Positions 25,701-40,729 of a DNA stretch of 64,000 bases are shown here, in pieces. Source of the stretch: Paraspadella gotoi (lineage: Eukaryota > Animalia > Chaetognatha); contig CM119268.1 in assembly GCA_051294375.1 (NCBI GenBank), positions 17,548,502-17,612,501 of the forward strand, given 5' to 3'. The translations under genes and the position numbers were made by a program. Positions within the stretch are counted from its first letter, which is position 1; each line of letters starts with the position of its first letter. Under the pieces are notes generated by a model. That model was not told where the DNA came from, searched no databases, and was given only the letters and a program-made list of their open reading frames with translations.

Positions 25701-27032
25701 GATCTAGGGAACGGAGTGGCCAGGTTTAGTTGAAGGAACCGAGGCGATCATTTTGGAAGCTGGGTAGTGATACGCACAACGAGCTGGAGTCGGGATGAAA
25801 ATATCGGATAGGACTTGCAAACAGAGCATTAAAATGAGAAAGGAAAAAAAAAACTGAAAAGCAGGTGCAGGAAAGTCGGGATTTCCGAAGAAGATTCCCA
25901 TCAAGAGAAAAGTGAGGCCAAAAGGGAAAATCTGGATGAACCAATGAAAAATTTGACAAGAAAAGTGAAGACTTATGGAAGAGAATCGCTTCTCGTAAAA
26001 GCGCGGGGGAAAATAAAAAAGGAAGAAAAAAAAAGGAAAATAAGAATAAAAAGGGGAACATTGGCGGGAAGTGGAGAAGAAAATAACAAATGACTTTTTA
26101 ATCCCATGATACTTAACTGATGTTGTTTTCCATAAAAAATTTGAAGAGTCTTGGCCTCAGTAAATTACATTTTGTCTATAAAAATCTCTTAAATAAAATA
26201 TCTTGGAAACTAAATTTTAAATGCCGTTATTACTTGATGGGAAATTACTATGCTTTAACTAGCTTCTCTATTCTTTTCTAATCTCTACTATTCCCTTTAT
26301 AATCTCCTCCATCGCCACTTTCATTCTATCCTATTCTTCTCTATTCTTTACTAATCTCCTCTATTTTCTCTCTATTCGCTTCTCCTCTCTTTCCTTTCTC
26401 TTCGTCTTGATGTAAAACATTCTTGCTTCCTCTGGTCTCACGCGGAAAAAAATGAAAGGGCGTCCGTCGACTGAATAACTACAAAAGACTGAGTCTTCAT
26501 GTCATCTTCATTACACAATACAAAATTTAACAATCGAAAAGCCTAGAGTGTTCATCAAATTTAAACAGTTCAATAGTAAACTCTATTTGTTATAAACAAG
26601 AACGGCAATCAGCTGCGTAGTTATCTCATTCTTTCTTTATTTGGTTGGCAGAACAAACTATTTTTTTTTCGTTTGATGTTTCTTCTTCCTTAAATTTTAT
26701 TCTCTTAATATTTATAGACAAATTGAAAAAAAATCTTATTAAGTTTTTGAAGTGTGAGATTAACTAGTTTTTGACTTTGTTTTTATTAGTCTATTCCTAA
26801 TTAACAATAATAATGCCAAGTCATTTACTTGGATACAACTCAATTAATTAATTTCAAGAGAAATTGAGGGACATTTTCATCACATGAACATCTGAAGTTT
26901 AATACTCACTCGAAGAACGTGATTAGAAATAATAAAAGTGGAGAGCAGAAGAAGGTAAAATGTCGATAAATCTCTTCTCTCTGACTTCTTCTTCTTTCCC
27001 AACTCGCTTGGGCTTCTTGCTTCGGGACATAT

Positions 27033-27066
<34 letters not shown>

Positions 27067-27280
27067 TCTCTCTCTCATCTCTCTTCTCTCTCTCTCTCTC
27101 TCTCTCCTTTCTTTCCTTTCTCCTAGTCTCAGCTGGATAACCAAGAATCCTTCGTAATTCGTCGCGTTAAATACTGCCTCCAACGCAAAATGTGCTGAGC
27201 ATAAAAAAAGTGATAACCTTAATTGATTTATATGGCTAACTCTCTCTTCTCTCTCTTCCCTCTCTCTCTCTCCTCTCTCT

Positions 27281-27326
<46 letters not shown>

Positions 27327-27931
27327 TCTCTCTTCTCCCTTCTTCTCTCATCTCTCTCTCTCTCTCTCTCTTCTCTCTCATATAAACGGTGGTTGACAAA
27401 CTTCAATGAAATATTTGCATATATTGTCTGTCACGAATATATATATCCTACCAGAAGTATTACGATAAACAAAAGTAATAATTTCTTTTATTTTAATCGA
27501 GGTAATTAATGATAACTTTAGACCTCGCAAATTATTTAACGTAATAACTTAACGAACTTAAAGGTTAAACTACAAAATCATGAGCAGCCAAAAGAGTTAT
27601 AGCATCGCCAAACAATGAGCGAAAGAAGATTAAAAGAATATAAGGTAATAAAAAAATGTAGTACATTGTTAATTATTGAGTCATTCTCAAAACAATCATC
27701 CCGGGGGAGCAGTGGGTTGTGGGATTTGAGTTGAAAAAAAAAATACAAGCGTGGGCAGAGGCCGGTCTCCGATCCAGGCCCGTGATAAAAAATCATGCAA
27801 ACATAAAGATACTACACAGTACACATAATAATTTTTTACATACATCGTACATACATTCAAAAAGTAACCTTACGAAAAAACATAACTGAACATCTACATA
27901 ATTGTTTCTCACAGTTTTGATATCGCAACGA

Positions 27932-29529
<1,598 letters not shown>

Positions 29530-30646
29530 TTAGAGAAGTTTACTCGTAGGAAAGTACGTAACTTTAAGATCGTTTAATTGACGCGTGTATAAAAAAAGAA
29601 GACGAAGAGCGAGCTAGTGAGAACCTTCAGTCGACAAAATACTTATATTTATTCACTTCTTGATGTTATTGCGAAAGATTTTAGAGGGTCATACGATAGT
29701 TTGAGAAATTGTCCAACTCGATTTCTCGATTTGGACTGAAAAAAGGGAGAAATAAAAAAAGCTAATGCGGGCGGAATATATCTAATTACTTCATTGCGTT
29801 GACTGGGTTGGTTTTATTACCCGTCAAAATTTTCGACCGCCAATTTTGGTTGACGGCGAATCGATAAGGGGTGGTCATAAACATGAGAAGTGTGCACGAA
29901 TGATTTTTTTATTTAGTTTATATTAACTTATGTTTTTGATTTTATATATTTACGTTTTAAATTTGATTTTTAACAAAAAATTGAAAATAAATATTTACAC
30001 ACTTAAAAAAAACCCAAAACTTAAACAAAAATTATCATGGTCCAATTCTAACAAAAATATGAATAGAAAATAAATAGAAAATGAATAGAAAATGACAGAG
30101 GTACAAAATGACATAATGACGAGACTGTCCTCGGAACCATTTTCAAAAGGGTCGCTAAGTGACGCGACAACAACAAAAACCTTCCATTGCGATTGGTCTT
30201 GTTTACCAATGAATTGTTTGGGAAGAACTTTGTTCGTCGGTCTTCTTTCTTTTTTTCCTCTTTTGTTCCTTAGTTCAAAAACTTGGAATAGAAAGTTGAC
30301 AAGTCGATTATTGAATATTGTTCGTAGCTTCTATTGAAAATCACAGGTGATTCCGGTTCGAGCTGAAGATACGTTTTTAACAAATTAACTTTTAATAACA
30401 TTCATTTCATAATCATAGTTGATCTTTCAGCAAAAGTGGACGCAAATTCTAGATGTGAAATATGAAATGAAATACGAAATGAAAATGATTTTTGAGAATA
30501 GATGGGGTGAATAAACTTTCGCCACTGTAAAGTCGCCTCGCGTTTCTCCAGTTGTCTCGTTGGGTTTAAAACCCAATTTCGCCTCCACCCGTTCTTCACA
30601 AACAGAAAAAAAAAATCACAACGAAATCCCAACTTTATTTTTCGCA

Positions 30647-31599
30647 ATGAATTCGATCGGTATCTCCGTGGTCGTCGTCGTCGTCGTCTTTTTGTCGTCG
30701 TCGTTCGCGTCTGAAGAGACGCTGGAGAAGAGATGGACGTTGGACGAGTTAAAGCAGCAGGAGCAGGAAAAGAAATGGAGAGCCATGGAGTTGGGGTGAG
30801 TTAAGAGAAGAAATAGAAAGCAATGAAGCATGGGTAAGTTGAAGCTGTGTGAGAGGAAGTAGAGAGCCTTGGGGCTGAGGTAAGTTTAAACAGATGAAGC
30901 CTGAGATGCATGGATGAGTTTGATGCTGGGATTTCGAAAAAGGAGTGGGTGAATAACACAATATGAAACACTTTCCAAAAATAAATGGAGTTCATAAATA
31001 AAGTCGCAGAATCCGAAGTACAAAGCGAATTATTGAACGATCAGACAAAAAAAAAAAAAAAAAAAATCGAAAAACCGGTTTCGTATTTTCCGATGAATTC
31101 CGGTTTTAAGTCCTGCTTCGCCTTTTAAACTTTAATGTAATGACCTTATTTCACTTAGTAATTATAATAAGATTAAAATCCCGTGGAAAAACATTTGAAC
31201 TCAAGAAATCAGGAGGATCAGAAAGTATTCTAATAAAGAATAAAAGAAAATATTTAATCTTTAATTATTTATATAACTTATTCTTTTCTTTAATTTTTCT
31301 TTCATCTCTTCTATTTCCCAGGTATCGCGGCGAAGGAGTGACGAAGCCACAGATCGAAGATCACTACGGAAAGAATTGGCGAATGGAGGATTTCCAGTTT
31401 TGCTACAAGGGAACCAGAGCCAACGGCGGGGGCGGCTCCTACATTGACCCTCACGTAAACAACATCACGAGTTCCCCCTCCCCCCAAGTCACCTCCCACG
31501 CCCTCGCTCGTCGCTCTTTCCTCTTTTCCCGGATTTTGTTTGTCGTTTTATGCAATTTTAAAGAGTTTTATGTGATCTCTCTCTCTTTCTCTTTCTATT

Positions 31600-31648
<49 letters not shown>

Positions 31649-32260
31649 CTTTGTATGTCTCGGTATGTGTCTCTTTTTCTCTATGTAAAATTTTATTTGG
31701 AGCAAAATAAGGGAATAAAAAATGGTCTTACATTATCTAATAAAATATAAATTATAAAATAGAAGGAATAGCACGAATAGCAAGTTTCTCACTCTATGTC
31801 AGGCTCACAATTTTCTTTCAGGATTACAAGAAGAACTATTACTTCGACCTGTACACGTGTCGGCCAGGAAACACTTTCGATGAATGCACTACCAACTATG
31901 TTTCTTTCAAATATGGAGTGTGTGGATTTTGGGACGCTACCGCCTACGCCTGGTGTGAAACGTGAGTCATAATCGTCATTTTAAAGAAATTCTCGGGAAA
32001 TAAAATTGAAAAAAGTCGTTCAAATTTCGCAATGCGTTTGCTTTCCTAACCGGCTAAAATCATATCCAAAGTTTCAAATATTCAATCAATGCAATTAATT
32101 CATATATTCCTCCCACAGAGGTCGAGGTAAGTGGCATTACTGTTGCACGGGTCCTTGCGGCAAACACGACGGCAAGACCTACGAATGGTGCTACACTGGA
32201 AAGAAGGGCGATACTTCGAACTGGAATTACTGTGACTCTAGAATCACTCCTTCCGGTTAA
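30647..32260 (+). CDS. Uncharacterised secreted Cys/Trp/Tyr-rich protein (187 aa) with two C-G-x(6-7)-Y-x-W-C-x-T...W-x-Y-C repeats
   Basis: Exons 30647-30795, 31322-31454, 31822-31961, 32119-32260 splice in frame (GT-AG). Translation: MNSIGISVVVVVVVFLSSSFASEETLEKRWTLDELKQQEQEKKWRAMELGYRGEGVTKPQIEDHYGKNWRMEDFQFCYKGTRANGGGGSYIDPHDYKKNYYFDLYTCRPGNTFDECTTNYVSFKYGVCGFWDATAYAWCETGRGKWHYCCTGPCGKHDGKTYEWCYTGKKGDTSNWNYCDSRITPSG*. AATAAA lies about 40 nt after the stop. Confidence 0.85.
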
Positions 32261-32417
32261 GAGCTCCTGTCATAACTCATGACTAGGAAATGTATCATGA
32301 AAATAAAAGTTATCAGTGCTAGTAATATTTGCTTTTTAAAATGAGTTTTTGTCTTTAAAAATGAAAATAAATGTTGAATTAACTACGTTATTGATTAAAC
32401 TTTGATTGTCAGTTAAA

Positions 32418-32900
32418 TTTTTAGTCGGATCTGCTTATAAGCAGATCCCGACTCTACTAATTCACTTTGTCGGTCCGTCGGTCCGCCCCCTCAAATTGTC
32501 GGGCACTAACTTATATCATGTCAGAACATCGAATTATTGATTAATTATGCAAAAAAAAATGATGTCCGTCCGTCCGTCGTCCGTCCGTCCGCCCGTCCGT
32601 CCCACCTTAGCAAAAAACACCAATTACTCAAGATTGGATTGATGGATTGGAATGAAATTTTGTGTGTTGGTAGGGAAGTGTGTGATTGAGCTGTATATGA
32701 AGTTTTGATGGAATCGTCCAAGTGGAAATGAGTTTAAATGGAAAAATAAAAAATAAATTTCACTATTTGAAACCATTACTCAAGAGTGGCGATTGACTTG
32801 AAATTTTGTATTTGCGTAGGAAAGTGTGTGATTAAGCTGGAAATCAAGTTTCGATGGAATCGTTTGAGTGGAAATGAGTTTAAATGGAAAAAAAACAAAA
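32418..32900 (+). mobile_element. DINE-1/HINE-like (Helentron-associated) non-autonomous element, 5' part
   Basis: T-rich start, hairpin AGTCGGATCTGCT-TATA-AGCAGATCC(C)GACT, (GTCC)n microsatellite at about 32470-32600, then two ~150-bp tandem core repeats (about 32620-32760 and 32772-32895). This is the established DINE-1/HINE layout. Confidence 0.6.
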
Positions 32901-35900
32901 AACCTGTTTCACTAATTGATTATGCTTCTTTTCCTTTTATATTAAATGTAAATGAAGGATGTATTAGGCAGTGTCTACGAAAAGCCTTTGTCAAGAAATG
33001 AACTGAATCTCCTTATTATTCAAATATGAATGCTAAATTTTTTATACTTTGGACTATATCACAAAGAGTGGCGAACAATGGCGTAAATAAAACCATTCTT
33101 TATAATTTGATACAGTAAAGATAGTTTTTAAGCAATTTCTATCTTCAAAAATCTTATCCATTTTTGTCCATTTTCAGTTTGGGATTAATTTTTAAAGTGA
33201 AGATCAAAAAAGAAAAAAATTTTACTTTATTTTTCGGTTCGCCTTCATGTTCTTTTTACTGGGGTAGAAGCATTTTTGTTAATGATTCACCGTTTGTCTG
33301 CAATGAATTTTTTAAAATGGTTAGTCAAAAAATGGCATTTTTTCATTTCATCATTTTAAACTAACTGAACATTCTTTAAATTAATTGAAACTAATGCAAA
33401 ATATTCCCCACATGATAAGGTAATTATATCTGTAATATAAAGAAATAAGCTTCATGCGTTTTCTTAAAAAAAAAATTTAAGATGTCTTTGGAATTTGTGA
33501 TTTTTGTGATTGTAGTTTTTTTTCATTTCGACTTTAGATTTATTTGTTTATAGTTTTTTATTAGTTGGACTAGTTATTATTCTTGTTAAATCTTAAAAAC
33601 CGCATCATTTTGCGTTATCTAAAGCATCAGGACAATTTTTTAATCATTTTTTCCGCGTGTCGACACGATTTTGTGGAAAATTATTCCGCAAAATCTGTCG
33701 ACTTTGAAAAAAAATAGCTATTTACGGATTATTTGGAGCATAAACTAAAAAAAAATATGTTAAAAAAAGGTGACGAGAAAGAAAGAAAGAGAGAGAAGAA
33801 AGATTATGGGCAACATTGCGATACAGAAAGAAAGAAAGTAAAAAAAAGAGAAAGAAAGAGAGAAAGAAAGAGAGACAGAAAGAAAGAGAGAGAGAAAGAG
33901 AGAAACCAAAAGAGAGAAAAAAAGAGAAAAAGAGAAAAAAAAAGAGAGAATGAAGGAGAGAAAGAGAGAAAGAAAGAAAAGGAGAAAGAAAGAAAAAAAA
34001 GAATGAGAGACAGAAAGAAAGAAAGAAAGAGAGCAAGAGAGAGAGAGAGAGAGAGAGAAAGAAAGAAAGAATGAAAGAGAAAGAAAGTGAAGATAATAAT
34101 GAGCTTAGTGATTGAGAGACTGCCCGTTGCCTGTCCATTCCACCGTCCTCCGATCATCCTCTCTCCTGTCTTATTTTGCTCTCATGATTCGGTCTCTCTG
34201 CCTCCATTTTAATTACTCTCTCAAGCCTATCTCTCTCTGCTCTCTATCTATGTCGCATCACAAAGGCGGATTGCAATTTTAATTTCCCTCGAAAACTCCC
34301 TCTTTAGGGTTAAAAAAACAGAGAAAATCAAGAAATTCCTCAAATATATTACACTATCTACAACAATGGCGAGTCCTTTGATAACTGTCCATAACCTACT
34401 AAGAGAAAGACACTATACAACTGTCCAGCGTCAGACAGTGAGAGCCTGTCAGACCTCTGATATGAATACAACTGTACTTTTTTGGGCTAAAGCACGAGAG
34501 TAATTGGTGCATTCAGCCCTCTCTTTAAAGTATGGTACTTTATCAAAATCTCTCTCGTCGTGTCTCCACCTTCTTGTTCTTCTCTTACTCATCTCTCGCC
34601 TCTCGGAGACATCTTCGTCAATCTCCTCTTAATTCTCGAAGGTCCACTGTTTCGTCACTCTTCCGTCCTTTTTCCAATTCACGATTGTTTGTGTGAAAAA
34701 TGATTTCGAACCGTTTGACTTTTTTCAATTCCTCTCTGCCGCTTTCAATGAGGGCTTGACTCGCATCACTATACTGATTTGTTTCAACATCTCCTCTACG
34801 TTGCCATCTAGGCAGATTCATACGGACCGTTTCACGTGGGAAAAGAACGTGAGGTTAAGTTGGAGAGGAGATGCCCACCAGGAGGAGAGGGAGGACCAAG
34901 AAGAGAGAGGACGAGAGTATTTTTCGAGAAGAAGAGTAGAGAGAGACGGAGCAAGAAGGAGCAGCAGACGACGAGAGAGAGAGAGAGACGGAGGAAGAAA
35001 GAAGGAGAGAGGAGAAAAAGAGAGAAGTCGGCAAGGCGTGGTTGTAGCGTCGCGTGGCGGAGGTCGTAACGAATACGGCCGAAGAGCGACGGCCTCTAAG
35101 CGACCGCGGGGTGGCATAGAGGTTTACTAGACCATTTACGCAGCGTCTGAAGTACATCACGTCACGGTCGCCTGAGTAGTGTGACTCTGGTCCGTCGTGG
35201 TAAGCATGCGAATGCATTTTCGTAGCGCGTTTGCAGCATCAGATATCCCTTATTGCGTGTCCGATGGTTTTAGGGAAAGAAGAGGTGAGGAAGAGCAAGG
35301 AGTGAGAGAGGAAGAGGAGAGAAGATTGCGAGATCGACGGGTATTGGGCGGTGCGTAGGAGGTAAGACGAGAGAGAAAGGAAGAGAGAGTTAGATGAGTA
35401 AAGGAAGAGAGAGAGAGAGAGAGAGAGAGAGGAGGGAGGGTAAGGCAGGGAGTCATTAGATGGCGCGTCACCTCTCGGAAGGCGTGTGAGAGTGTTGTAG
35501 TGTCACAGCCCACCGACCGAAGAGAAGGGAGAGTAATAGGTGTGAAAAGTAAGCAGCCACAGACCGACAGACAGACTTACGTGACCGGAGTGGGAGACAA
35601 ACCGGAAGGACAAACCAAGCGACAGTGACCCGATCAAATCCCGAGCAGGAGAATACTTCAACTAGAAAAGACAGACGACGACAGAAATCCAGAAAGAAAG
35701 GACAGACCCAGAACAGAAAGGGCACATAAAGATTTGGATCTCACGTGGTCAAGCGACAATTTCCGCTCGACATGAGTGTAGTCTGCTTTTTGGTCCTTCG
35801 AGATCCGCGATCAATCTTGGCGGCGCCTTTCGTACCGAGTTCAGATATCTAAGGGTAGATTAAACGGGGATTGATGAAGCATTATGTATGAATGGTGAAT

Positions 35901-36721
35901 CAACGTCATGAGATGCGGGTGATCACGTCATGTAATGAACGGGTGAGTCAACGTCATGTATGAGACGGGTGATCATTGATAAACGATAGGATGAACGAGT
36001 AGAATGATATTGTAAACTTAATGTGGTTGAATTATGAATGACAGTGAATGATGAATGTCGAATGAAATATAGTAATGTTAACAATATAGCAAGGATATCG
36101 TCTGTTTTTTAACCATTATTTTATACTCTACATTCGATTTTTTCAAAAATAAGGTTTTCTTTGTTTTTTTTTATCCAAACATTATTTTTTTTAATGTCCT
36201 TTCACAATCAATGAACAACTAAAAAAGATATTAACAATATTTGTTTTAATCATTGACCAATTTTTATGCACACCTCGTTTTTATAAAATCCGTTTTTTTT
36301 TTTTTTTTTCTCTCACAACCCCTCTCCCCGTTCATCCCTTTCTTCCCTCCTTTTTCTTTACTTTGTCTCCCGTCCTGATCGTATTTGGTCGAAAACTGTT
36401 TTCGATCTCAAGTCCGAGGTAGCGCGCGCCTTAAGATCGTTTTAATTTAAAAAAAAAAAGAATTAAATTAGATTAAGTTTAAATAACACGAAAGTTAAAA
36501 ATTAAATTAATTCGCCGGGTCGGATTTGACGCGCAGTAGCGACGTCAAATCGAGTAAAATTTCAAATTTTCCCTTTTTTTTTTATTTTTTTTTTATACTT
36601 TTCAAGAGCGAATAATTAGATTCGGCTTTAACCTTTTTTGAAAATTCATCTTTTTGTATTAGTTTATCCGTTAGATTTGATTTCTTTTTATTTCATTTTA
36701 AATTTAGTTCTTCGTTTCCAC

Positions 36722-39700
36722 CTTCAATATCCTTGCGCCAGGTTCGCGCAGTCGACGGGACGGTCGCCGTCGCCGTCCATTTGCGGTCGGCGCTCTGGAA
36801 AAAGAAGGGGGGGGGAGTAATTCGAACGATCGTTATAGAAACATCAAAATCAGTCATCCAGTCAATCAATAAATTAAACATCAATCGAACGATATTCAGC
36901 AAATCACGTAGTTTTTTAAATCATCGAGTCGCATTTTACATTGCGACATTATTCACTCAATACATCAGTCAAATAAATCATCCATATTTAATCAACTCAA
37001 ATAGTGTATTCTTCAAATCAAATCGAATAATAAAAAATCATTCCAAAAATCAATATATTATTCATCCCTTTCAATCAATCAATCAAATACAAACATCAAT
37101 TCAATATCAAGGCGATCGATCCATCAAGAAAACTGTGACAGAAAAAAATTCAAATCCCCCAATCAATCGCTACCTGGATCCGCTTCTGGATGTCTACGTT
37201 TGTCCCTCTTATCTTCCCAAGTTTATCCCTCATTTTTCCGTGACCGCGTTTGAATGTAGTCGCAGAGGATTTAAGATTTATAGGAAGTTTAGGATTTATA
37301 GAGATTTATATTCATAGTGATTTAGACTTAGAGAGGGTATTTAAATTAGAGAAATTTAGATTTTAAAGAATCTTTGATTGATTTACAAGTTTTAAGATTT
37401 TATAGAGACTCTAGATTTTTATATAGTGTTAGGAATTTAGGACAGAATTAGATATTTATAGAATTTAGCTTTAGATTTCATAGGATTTAGAAATATAAAG
37501 GATTTTATTGAGGTTTGATTTATAATTTAGCGCGGGACGGGGCGTTTAGAGGAAGAAAGAGATTTTTTAGCAGGGAGAAGGGCGGCGGACGTTTTTTTTT
37601 TGTATTTTCATGATTATAGAGAGAAAAGAAAATCAGGGAGACTAAGAGAACATAGATTTAGGATTTAGATCTACTTGAGTTTGCGACGACGCCGTTTTTC
37701 CTGATTTCGAAAATCGGATTCTTGTTTTCTCTAATTCGCCCTTGACCTTCGGCGTAGGTGTCTTGATGATAGCTGGGGTTGTCAAGGTTAGATAGTAATT
37801 AATTAATTATTAATAAATGATATTTATCAAACTTATTTATTTAAAGAATACATATAATATAAGACTTGACCCAAGAACATGGTTCATGGAGGACGAAAAG
37901 ACCGAAAGAAGATGTACAGCAAGAAGTACAATTGGGCCAAGATCGCTGTTGGCGTCTTCCCCGCCCATGGCCTAAAAACCGGGATTAACAAATAGTATTG
38001 CAATATTGACGATTTTTTTTAGATTTGTATTAAAAACTTAAAACTTCTACACGGCAAGTCCAAAGTCTCCGAGGATGTGATGCGAAGTGTGCGTGAAAGA
38101 TGCAATTCTTGATGTTGGAGGTAATCCTCGATCTGCGGAACGTGACAGGCAATTGTGACAGAAATGATTCACAGTTACTCACCTCACAGATCTTTTTTAA
38201 TTTAATTTTTATAGTAACAAGTTCGCGGGGTACACTATTATGAACAACAAACGCTCTAAGAACGTAGTTTGTACTGACGGTACTTTCGCACCTTCAGTCA
38301 ACTAAACTATACTGGAATAAACAAAGAGAGGGCTTGTGGCATCGAAAAAAGGCAAAAAAGCCTTCAATGTGGAAACGCGAATTGTGATCAAGAGTTCGGG
38401 GAAAATACGCAAGGAGACGGGAATCAGGTACCGTGATTTAATAAATTTATCTAAAAAAAACAGATTTTACTCGATCGCATTACCATAAGCTACCACCGCA
38501 GTCCAAAGTATTATCTAGCTGTAAGTACCATTCCTGAGACTCAATTCCTCTTTCCTCTTCACATCTACTAAAAAAAAGAATGATTCCCCTCTGACCTTAC
38601 GTCACGCCCACCCACACAACACTGTCCAAATAAGGCGTAAGTAAAATTTCTAAATCTAACTTTAAATTAAAATTCTAACAAGTGAGAAAAAGCGAACAAC
38701 ATCTATGGCTATGAAACATTTATGTAAGTCAAAAAGAATTTGATTATAATGAATTTTAAAATTTACGCAGTAAGCCATATTTAAATACAGTACAACCAAT
38801 AACTGTTAAAATTTCAAAAACAGTTTTTGTTTTTAAGATGTTTTTTGCAGTTGGATTCGTCCATAAAAGTTTGATGAAAAGAAATATAACTCTTTTTTGA
38901 AAAATTCCTTCATTAAAGTATGGGTTCACAAAAATTGTAGAAAAAAGCTATATTTTAAGTTGAATTAACTTTTTATATAAGTTGAAGATATATAGTGATT
39001 TTTTAATTTTTAAACCCACTTAATGAAAGAATTTTTTAAAAATGTTTAATTTTTTCTTTATATCACTTTTGACGAGGAAATCAATCTGCAATCAAAATTA
39101 AGACAGAGACTATTTTGAAATTTTTCAATTTTATTAAGATAGTACTTATATATAAACTATACGTCTATATACTATAACTGCGAATTAAAAAAAACATAAA
39201 ATTAAATTTTTTATAACAATAATGTTACTGATGGTTGTTGTTCATAAATTGGACTTTTAGGAATTTTCGGTATGTAACTTTCACTACGCGCCTTAACTGT
39301 CCAATCCTTGATATTCCATCTTAAATAAACCTCACCTGCGTGCCGAAGACGAAGTAACCCCAGTGACAGAATGCCAGGAACGAGATGAAGGAACCATGAG
39401 GGTGAACACGACCATGTCCTTTGCGCAGACGAGAAAGAGGTTCACCGAGAGTTGGTTCATGCGTCTTGTTGAAGGAGATGTACTTGAAGATCTGTTGGGT
39501 GTGTTTGAAGGAGTGGGGGGAGATGGTTTGGGAAATGGAAGGGTGGGATTGTGATTGGCGGTGAACGGGCTCAAAGGTTTCAGATGATAACCCTTTTTTT
39601 TTTTGGCTAACTTTATTCCTATCATACCAACTTATGGGTCAATTTGGTCAAAATAGTTTAATTCATTCATTTTTTTTTGGTGGGGTCGGCAAATTGAGCC

Positions 39701-39979
39701 AAGTTCACCCGCGCCTTAATATCCGGTATATATTTTCTTTCTCTCTTCACCTCCTCTTGGCTGCCTCATCCACGAAGTCGACTATTCCTCCGATCCTGTC
39801 TCTCCGCCTTACACGATAAAGCGAAGAACCTTACCTTGATCCAAGCGAAGAAGATGGCGAAAGCGGGCGGGACGATGTCATTGAGAACTGCGGGGGGTCT
39901 GCACAGTAATGCCACGAGGAACTTAGAAATCGGGGAAGACATCCGGTTTGGCTGGAAAGGTTCTCAGAAGTTGGCTGAC
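36722..39979 (-). pseudogene. pkd2: Polycystin-2 (PKD2/PKD2L1, TRPP channel) exons with many frameshifts; pseudogene or, more likely, uncorrected sequencing errors
   Basis: Seven exons in the correct order, read across frameshifts. 39835-39979: VSQLLRTF..PDVFPDF..NDIV..AIFFAWIK. 39336-39491: IFKYISFNKT/MNQLS..CAKDMVVFTLM/ISFLAFCHWGYFVFGTQ. ~38052-38132: IEDY..NIKNCIF..I.LGDF. ~37871-37971: DANSDLGPI/YFLLYIFF/FFVL/MFL. ~37676-37772: AII.DTYAE/VKGELEK. ~37174-37265: MRDKLGKIRGTNVDIQKRIQ. ~36722-36795: EF-hand-like DGDGD..TWRK. These match the S4-S6/pore region and proximal C-tail of TRPP channels as recalled. Confidence 0.8.
38631..39295. mobile_element. hAT-type MITE, copy 2 (inverted relative to copy 1), inside a pkd2 intron
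   Basis: Ends TAAGGCGTAAGT and ACTACGCGCCTTA, with CTGTCCAA on both flanks. The body is the reverse complement of 359-1225 except that about 460-720 is missing. Many 1-bp indels. Confidence 0.75.
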
Positions 39980-40729
39980 CTGGATAGGTTCGGTTAGACG
40001 TTAATTAGTCAATACATAAATGCAGATACATTGATAGGTCAAATTTTGGTTGAAAATTTACCCGCGTCAAATCGGAATTTATCAAATTTATCAAATTACT
40101 TCCTTAACACGCTCCGTTGAAACCATCAATTAATCAATTAAAAATTCAATCAGTTTATTATAGGCCAATCGGTTGTACCAATTATTCGATCATGCAATTA
40201 AACCAAATTGTAAATTTAACCAATCAATCCGAGAAATCGATCAAAAAATCATTTTAGGCCTTAATTAATCGATTAAATAAATAAATCATCAAGTCTCTCG
40301 TGTTAACATTTTAAAATCATTANNNNNNNNNNNNNNNNNNNNNNNNNNNNNNNNNNNNNNNNNNNNNNNNNNNNNNNNNNNNNNNNNNNNNNNNNNNNNN
40401 NNNNNNNNNNNNNNNNNNNNNNTTCAAAATGAAAAATACCAAAATACATAAAATACTTTATAAAATAAGTGTACAATTGACAGTTGGAACATGGAGACGG
40501 GAGGAAGACCGAGGATGCTGGGAGAAGAAGCTCCAACTGTCGATTAGGTCGACAGGGGGGTTTTATTTTTTTTTTTATTATTTATTAAATTATGAAAGTT
40601 GAAAAAATGATGAAAGTTAAAAAAAATGATGCGAATTGTAAAAATGATGTAAATTGAAAAAATGATGAGTTGAAAAATTATGGAAAAATTAGGGACTGTC
40701 TAGATTGCCAGAGGGCAAAAGTAATGCGC

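Noticed and set aside
34370-35980. Possible LTR-retroelement gag/leader remnant with short tandem GGGTGA(G)TCA(A)CGTCATG repeats at about 35895-35975
   Set aside because: No LTR pair, primer-binding site or protein motif could be supported.
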